Source: Auanema rhodensis (taxonomy: Eukaryota > Animalia > Nematoda). Taken from it: DNA of 64,000 nt. The notes under the pieces are model-generated. The model saw nothing but the letters and a program-made list of their open reading frames with translations. It was not told the origin of the DNA and did not search any database. Position numbers and translations under genes: made by a program. Positions 59,079-64,000 of this stretch are shown here, piece by piece. Position 1 is the first letter of the stretch; each line of letters begins with the position of its first letter. The DNA lies in assembly GCA_964057225.1 (NCBI GenBank), contig OZ059897.1:5270001-5334000 (forward strand), in the 5' to 3' direction.

Positions 59079-60102
59079 TGTTTTGGAGAACATTTATTAT
59101 AATATTAAGCATCCAGCTTCTTATACGTCTGCCAAAAATCTATTATTGGAAGCGCGAAAGCATGGCATCGCAAAAGCACAAGTTGAAAGTTTTTTGCAAG
59201 ACTCTGAAACTTTTACACGTCATAAACCAACCAGACTGCATATGCAGACTAAAAAGACTAGAGGCTGTGGTCGATTCCTAACAATGCAAGCAGATTTGGT
59301 TGATATGCAAAAATATAAAAAATCAAATGACGGCTATGCTTACATGTTGACCATGATTGATGTTTATACACGCATGTTATATGTTAGGCCTTTGAAAACT
59401 AAAGGTGGTTTAGAGGTTGCTACTGCATTTGAAAATGTATTCAAGGATTTTATACCAATCCAACTAATAACGGATAACGGTGCAGAGTTTTATAATAGTC
59501 ATTGTGAAAAACTATTCAAAAAATTTGCCATACTGCATGGATCAACAAGTTCACCACAAAAGGCGGCAATGGTGGAGCGAGCAAATAGAACTTTAAAAAC
59601 GCGCATGATGAAATATCTCTATTACAAGAATAATCATCGATGGATAGATATACTAGATGACTTGGTCGAAGGAATAAACAAATCTTATAATCGGTCGATT
59701 AAAATGCGCCCCGTAGATGTTACAGCAAATATATTCGTTGAAGAATATGCACCAGCTGTTCGCAACCGATTCAAAATTGGTGATAATGTTCGCATAAGCA
59801 AGAACAGGCGTACTTTTGAAAAAAGTTACGAGTCTGGATATACAATGGAACTATTCACAATTGATGAGATTGTAGCCGGGAACCCAACCGTGTATAAACT
59901 TGTAGATTATAATGGTGAACGTATAAAGGGAATATTCTATGAGCCTGAACTTGTGTTGGCTACTAATAAAAGCAACCAGTACTATATTGAGAAAGTTTTG
60001 AAAGAGCGTACACGAAATGGTAAACGCCAAGTATTTGTAAAATGGAGTGGCTATCCCGACAACTTTAATGAATGGATAGATGCAGAAAATTTAAATGTAT
60101 AA
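59035..60102 (+). CDS. rve integrase with chromodomain, third intact copy
   Basis: Same translation as the inner copy. Confidence 0.94.
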   Translation: MAKAVNDSTLDYGSNVLENIYYNIKHPASYTSAKNLLLEARKHGIAKAQVESFLQDSETFTRHKPTRLHMQTKKTRGCGRFLTMQADLVDMQKYKKSNDGYAYMLTMIDVYTRMLYVRPLKTKGGLEVATAFENVFKDFIPIQLITDNGAEFYNSHCEKLFKKFAILHGSTSSPQKAAMVERANRTLKTRMMKYLYYKNNHRWIDILDDLVEGINKSYNRSIKMRPVDVTANIFVEEYAPAVRNRFKIGDNVRISKNRRTFEKSYESGYTMELFTIDEIVAGNPTVYKLVDYNGERIKGIFYEPELVLATNKSNQYYIEKVLKERTRNGKRQVFVKWSGYPDNFNEWIDAENLNV

Positions 60103-60400
60103 TTTTTCACTGTTGTTGTAAACAATTGTATTAATAATAAATGATTTATTTGATCAATCGTTCATATTGTAACAATAAAAAACCAGCAAAACATAAAAGC
60201 CAAGACAATGATATAACCTATAATTATAAACTGATTAATATTTAAATTTTCAATGCTTACCAGTTGGTTTGAGAGTCGGCTGTTGATGGATAATTTCAAA
60301 CTTCAAGAGCTGGAAAAAAAAAATGTTACGGCTAAGAAAATTTAAATATAACATAACAAAATCAACCAACTATCCATTAAACAGTTTGTGCTTGTTGTAG

Positions 60401-60994
60401 TCAAAACGATGGATCAAAACGGATAAGCATATTCAAGTTGAGCGCCTGTTGACTTAATTTAAAGTAGAACACATTCTGCTTATAACCAAAAGACTTGACA
60501 GTTGACTCATCAGTATAAATGGCAATGTAACCCATATTATTCAACAATTGTTTTGATGACATGCTAGAATAGGAACGCATCTGTAAAAGAAAAAATAATA
60601 ATTAGAATTAATAATTTTATAATCTCACATTGATTGTTGAATTTTCAGGTTTATAATGACGGAAAACTTTTAAAAGCCCTAAGGCATCATTCCTCGCTCT
60701 ACACTTGACACAGAGGCTGAAACAGTGGTACTCGTCTACGACTTGCAATGTATCCCTACAAGTTTTGCAGAGACATATTGGTCTCATAACTACAGGCTGT
60801 TGTGGAGAGCTATCCTTTGAGATTTGTACCTGCTTTTTTGGTGTGTCTAAACAAAAAATAATTAATAACAAAAATAAAACCTTACCAAAGAATGTGGCAG
60901 CAAAGTTGGGTCCTGGTGTGGGTGGTCTTGGAACATCCGGTTCCGGTGTCGAAGGTACAATATTCTCTACATCAACAAGAGCGGAACGCTTCAT
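60401..60994 (-). CDS. Spliced Cys-rich cargo gene, third copy
   Basis: Offset copy of 49436-50029. Confidence 0.55.
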
Positions 60995-62161
60995 GTTTGT
61001 AGCCCAATTGGAGGCTTTTCCTAAACAACAACGAACTTTTACGTCTAGGGTCCAAGTAGAGTAGAGGAAAGTCCTAGCAGCAGTCTGTTGACGTTGGATC
61101 AGATCGTCGGCTTGTTGGCAGAGGTGGATCGGCGAGAAGACTTGGTGGCGGAGCTGGATCGGAGAGTAGACTTGTTGACAGAGCTGGATCGTAGAGTCGA
61201 CTTGTTGGCGGAGCTGAAATGCAAATTTCGGTCTAAAAAATTTTGCCACCTTTTATACAAACTTTGTTGTAAAGCTCTACCCACTCCGCCTCTTTCACAA
61301 AACAGTTGACTGCTGTATGCGGCTTTTCTATTTGTTATATATTACAACAAATATATGCATTTATACATTAATTAGCAGTTTGTTGCGCAAACAGCTGCCA
61401 AATGCGCTAAAATACACCGATTGCGCCAACAGTTGCCGGATTAACAACCTGTAAACTATCCGCTTATTAATTACTTGTTACATCATTCGATTTCGTAAAT
61501 ACAAATATTTAACAATAATTCAACTCATTTGTGACAAGTCCCTATACAATAACAACTGTCATCCAAAATTGTGGAAGATTACAATAGGATCGTTTAATAT
61601 TGTATTCATATTCTTATTATAACAGCTGTGGTACACTTTTACTTTTATAGTTTAGGAAACACTAATTCAAAATGTTGGATCCTACTGAGGAAACGCAGGA
61701 TTGTTGCGAAAAACAGACTTGTACACATCCGATTACAAGTACAACATTTCCAGACACTTTGTAAAAAAGAAACTCTTACAAAATGTTAACACATGTTCTA
61801 ATTTTAAATGAAAATTTATTGTTCAATAAATATATTACGAAACATTTATTCTATTCTTGAACATAGTTATGAAATACATTAGCTATCAGAACATTTATAA
61901 ACTATTAGGGCTACAACAACAATTACTTTAAAGTAACATTTTTGATGTTAAAAAGTTTGAAAATATTCGTATATACTCATGACCCCTTGGCATAGTAAGT
62001 ATTCTTTAGCGTTATGGGTACATGTGGTGTACAGCTATTTATCATATTTTTATGAACACAACTTTTGCCATGTGGTACATGTGTAGTGCACCTGTTTTAA
62101 CGATCTTATCGAATTAACCTTCGATATGTGTTTCATTAAATTTAGTTTAAATATTTATTAC

Positions 62162-62805
62162 TTCTTATCGAATTAACCTTCGATATGAGTTCCATTGATT
62201 AACCCATAAGAGGTACGGTGAACATATTGATTACCTTTTAAATTTATTTAAATAATTAAAAACAATATATATGAGAAATAATTTATTCAGTTTTAAAGAT
62301 ACAATTAAAAAATATATAAATATTAAAATACATTTAAAAAGAAATATTATTAAAAATATATTTAAAAAGAAACAATTAAATAATAATATTTACAAATACA
62401 ATTTAAAATATATATAAATATTAAAAATACATTTAAAAAGAAACAATTAAATAATAATATTTCCAAATACAATTTAAAATATATATAAATATTAAAAATA
62501 CATTTAAAAAGAAATAAGTTTAAAAATATTTACAAATACAATTAACAAATATATAAATAATAAAAATTCATTTAAAATAATACATTAAAAAATAATTTTT
62601 AAAAAAAAATCATGCATTTTGATTCATGCGCAGGCTCGAGAGCCTGCCTCGGGAGGAAAAGTATATTTTTGACAGCTGACGCCGAAAATATGATTTTGAC
62701 AGCTGACGCCCCCAAAAGTATGATTTTGACAGCTGACGCCCTCAAAAGTATGTTTTTAGCAACTGTTTGGGGGCGTGGTTAGTAAATTCGGCATGGCTCT
62801 CTACT
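62162..62805 (-). repeat. TIR copy
   Basis: Copy of 51197-51840. Confidence 0.9.
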
Positions 62806-64000
62806 TACGCTCCTCATACCAAATATTGAATGAAGCTAGGTCTTCTGCTTTCATTCTAGCAGTACAATAGTAATGCTTTGGTGGCAAGGATGGTAGCACT
62901 TTGCCATAATTTATTGGGTGGTTAAAGAGGTATGGGAATTGTCCTTTACTCATATCAGGTACACCAAATGCCTTGGGTAACGCTGATAAGGGTAAAGGCA
63001 CTAGTAAATAACTATCTTTAAAACATAAATGGTTAATGTTTTGACCTCTTAATGGCTTGACAACCATGCTAATAATCTTGGTCCCATTTAAAATGGGGTC
63101 AGGATATATTCCACGGTTTATCAGCCTAGACACCAAGAAATGTATGTCAAAGCGCGACCCGTTGTGCGCAATCAAAATTGCATTATCATTCTCAGAAAAG
63201 TTGAGTAACCAATCAAGGAAACGATCTGTTACAGACCATTCACTATCACCTTGTTGGTACCCAAAATGGCCCTCCTTGGTTGTGCATTTCTCACAGGAAT
63301 TGGCATCTATACAACTTTCACAAAATTTGTTATACACAACCATATTGGGCCATTGTTCATCTGCATATTCATGAACATTTGTGCCGTTTTTTAACACAAC
63401 TGTTTCAAAGTCATAAAATATAATCTTAAACAAGTAAGCATTACACTTGTAAAGATGTTAAATACAAACCTTGAACTTTTCTTGCTTCTTTTTTAGCTGA
63501 GCCTTCTTCTTGTCGTTAGGTGGAACCCAACAACAAGAGTGCTCTTCAGGCTTTGTCTGACCGCACTTTTTGCAGAATTTTTCATTGCAATTGTGCGGTC
63601 TATCAGCACGGACCATGTGATAGTGATCACACGCCACACATGTCTGAATTTAAGCTTGTTATGTACAACTTTAAATTTTCACAAAATACCTTGAATTTTT
63701 GGCAGGCTTTTCGCAAATGCCTATCGAAGCATTGTTGAGTTTTAAACAAAACTCTACAACTATCACACCTCACGCTACTCTCAACCACATTCCCCATCGC
63801 ATTACAATTATAGGTGTGGCATTTTTTACATTTGGCTTTACATCTATGCAACACTGTATTGTAAGATAACTTACAGTGTTGACATATAATACCATCAAAA
63901 ATTTTCGAACGACTACCAGCTGTAATACAATCATAGTGATTATTTCGGTAACCTAGTGTTACCAATTTGCTAGCCGCTTCATTAAATATTTTCTGGATAG
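62806..64000 (-). pseudogene. Duplicated truncated pPolB 5' part, runs off the window
   Basis: Copy of 51841-53035. Confidence 0.9.

Larger units (their letters stand above)
57450..64000 (+). repeat. Direct segmental duplication of 46485-53035 (offset 10,965), open at the window end
   Basis: Carries inner-type alleles, the TIR ending at 62805, TACGCT, then the outer-type pPolB allele (ACQKF). Confidence 0.93.

Noticed and set aside
56967-62805. An independently transposed short Maverick
   Set aside because: The left tip is missing, there is no matching TSD pair, and the right flank is the copied nested junction.

Overview
Eukaryotic, probably nematode, heterochromatic DNA; the host call rests on 42-48 nt introns with TTTCAG-type acceptors. 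Bases 1-20263 are a 176-bp satellite array that degenerates toward its right edge and carries an 859-bp solo LTR (17434-18292). A Maverick/Polinton (20264-56960, TSD ATGGTT) is inserted into the satellite. A second, apparently intact 16,688-bp Maverick of the same family (35153-51840, TSD TACGCT) sits in the opposite orientation inside the first element's DNA polymerase gene. The outer copy is defective: split pPolB, a nonsense codon in the major capsid gene, and a 3,131-bp internal tandem duplication that creates an in-frame fusion ORF. After the outer element come a truncated, divergent third TIR and a direct segmental copy (offset 10,965 bp) of the nested junction, which runs off the window. 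By hand I reconstruct a 14-exon, about 1,370-aa pPolB with one GC-AG intron. I also find a spliced Cys-rich cargo gene, a C2H2 zinc-finger gene and a 56-aa tail-anchored protein missed by the ORF track. All annotation is by eye; no searches were run.
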